Origin: Bacteroidales bacterium UBA2030
GTDB taxonomy: Bacteria; Bacteroidota; Bacteroidia; Bacteroidales; TTA-H9
Reading direction: 5' to 3'
NCBI GenBank assembly: GCA_002332755.1
Contig: DDBO01000035.1
Coordinates: 1 to 48,331 of the forward strand
DNA length: 48,331 bases
The position numbers and the translations under genes were made by a program. Each line of letters begins with the position of its first letter. Position 1 is the stretch's first letter. The notes under the pieces are model-generated. The model was not told the DNA's origin. It ran no database searches and worked only from the letters and a program-made list of their open reading frames with translations. Below are positions 47,185 to 48,331 of this stretch, piece by piece.

Positions 47185-48273
47185 TTAAAAATGCAGGCCA
47201 AGCAATACAATGACCGACATCAGAATGAGGTTGAAAAGGTTGATGGGAAGCAAGTACTTCCATTCAAGGCTCAACAACTGGTCGATACGTAAACGGGGAT
47301 ATGTCCATTTGAAAAGCATAATTATGTATATCACCGTAAATACTTTGACCAGGAACCAAACCAGCGGAGGTATGAAATCCATTACATGATTAAAGGTTTC
47401 AAAATTGCCCAGGTGAAGGGGCATCCACCCACCCAAAAACAAAGTGGTAGCTACTGAGGCCAGGACAAACATATTCATGTATTCGGCCAGGAAAAAGAAG
47501 GCAAACTTGATACCCGAATACTCCGTATGAAAACCTGCGGTAAGTTCCGATTCTGCTTCTGCAAGGTCGAAAGGGCCTCGGTTGGTTTCGGCCGTGCCGG
47601 CAATCAGAAGGATGACAAATGAAAGGATAGCCGGAATATGTCCTTTAAAGATAAACCAGCCATCTCTCTGCATCTCAATGATTTCCGACAGTTGAAGCGT
47701 CCCTGTCAGTATAACCATAGTTACAATGGCCAGTCCAACCGATAATTCGTAACTCACAATTTGCGCCCCGCTTCGCATGGCACCTATAAGCGAGTATTTA
47801 CTATTCGACGACCAGCCCGCCAGCAGTATGCCAATAACCCCAATAGAAGTGGCTGCCATGATAAAAAAGAGCCCAATATCGGGGTCGAGGGCATGAAGCC
47901 CTTTGGCAAAGGGTATAGTACCAAACGCAAGAAAGGATCCAACAATAATGATGAAAGGAGCTACAAAGAAGAGCAATTTGTCAGCCCTTTCTATGCGAAT
48001 ATTTTCCTTAAGAAGTAATTTAATGAAGTCAGCAATGGTCTGGAAAATGCCCTGAGGTCCTACCCTGTTGGGTCCCAGCCGGCACTGAATAAAAGCGCAA
48101 ATGCGCCGCTCGGCATATACCAGCATCAATCCAACCAGTGCATATATCAACAAATATAGAATACCCACCAGCACAAACTCAATGGTTGCAGCCAAAGAGG
48201 GGCCCCAGTGCGATACCAGGTAATGGTCAATACTTTGGGTGATAACTGAAAAATCATATACAAGACCAGTCAT
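47185..48273 (-). CDS. nuoH: NADH-quinone oxidoreductase subunit H
   Basis: 362 aa with [23 protein letters not shown], the hallmark NuoH/ND1 block. Confidence 0.9.
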   Translation of the reverse strand: MTGLVYDFSVITQSIDHYLVSHWGPSLAATIEFVLVGILYLLIYALVGLMLVYAERRICAFIQCRLGPNRVGPQGIFQTIADFIKLLLKENIRIERADKLLFFVAPFIIIVGSFLAFGTIPFAKGLHALDPDIGLFFIMAATSIGVIGILLAGWSSNSKYSLIGAMRSGAQIVSYELSVGLAIVTMVILTGTLQLSEIIEMQRDGWFIFKGHIPAILSFVILLIAGTAETNRGPFDLAEAESELTAGFHTEYSGIKFAFFFLAEYMNMFVLASVATTLFLGGWMPLHLGNFETFNHVMDFIPPLVWFLVKVFTVIYIIMLFKWTYPRLRIDQLLSLEWKYLLPINLFNLILMSVIVLLGLHF

Positions 48274-48302
48274 AAAAGGTAATTTTTACTTCGTTGTAAA
48301 AC

Positions 48303-48331
48303 TTATCTGTCGAGATCGGGTATAACCAGAT
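48303..48331 (-). CDS. 3' end of an upstream nuo gene, probably nuoD (only 8 codons + stop visible)
   Basis: The minus-strand frame reads ..LVIPDLDR-stop. NuoD/Nqo4 proteins characteristically end in ..D(V/L)DR. Very little sequence is available. Confidence 0.4.

Overview
This 48.3-kb gene-dense chromosomal window reads like a Bacteroidota genome. That is an inference from TAnnTTTG-type promoter boxes, a T9SS C-terminal sorting domain, a propeller/Y_Y_Y hybrid sensor kinase, and a nuoD-nuoH junction typical of the 11-subunit NDH-1. I support about 48 CDS and see no rRNA, tRNA, CRISPR array, transposase or integrase. Gene order is as follows. (1) A partial GT2 glycosyltransferase, miaA and an SDR epimerase. 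(2) Divergent galM and a Na+/sugar symporter. (3) An LpxR-like outer-membrane lipoprotein. (4) A GH13 enzyme translationally coupled to a soluble GAF histidine kinase. (5) A geranylgeranyl-reductase-like flavoprotein and DUF2851. (6) An NSS transporter plus an untracked 45-aa MetS-like small subunit. (7) A 1197-aa hybrid kinase divergent from an SBP-fused kinase. (8) A minus-strand run of a T9SS-secreted agmatine-deiminase/PAD-family protein, aat, guanine deaminase, DUF3127, a class IV aminotransferase and PPK2. (9) A Zn-ribbon protein and a membrane protein. (10) A TerC, class III aminotransferase and threonine aldolase operon. (11) An SDR and a hypothetical protein. (12) An orphan trpB behind a 536-bp leader region. 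(13) A TetR-TolC-HlyD-2xABC-2xABC2 (ybhGFSR-like) efflux operon. (14) nuoH-I-J-K-L-M-N plus an appended 109-aa ORF. The best unannotated signals are these. (a) A 27-codon leader ORF with three consecutive Trp codons, followed by a strong intrinsic terminator and competing alternative pairings, which looks like a ribosome-mediated Trp attenuator for the stand-alone trpB. (b) A 105-bp array of 15 imperfect heptanucleotide units (GTTCCRG) starting exactly at the end of the trpB terminator. (c) A DUF3127 protein with SSB-like architecture ending in DDDLPF. (d) The NSS/MetS-like pair and a perfect TTGAT-N4-ATCAA palindrome upstream of it. (e) A secreted PAD-family enzyme. None of these is proven novel. 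Each needs the searches or experiments listed with it.
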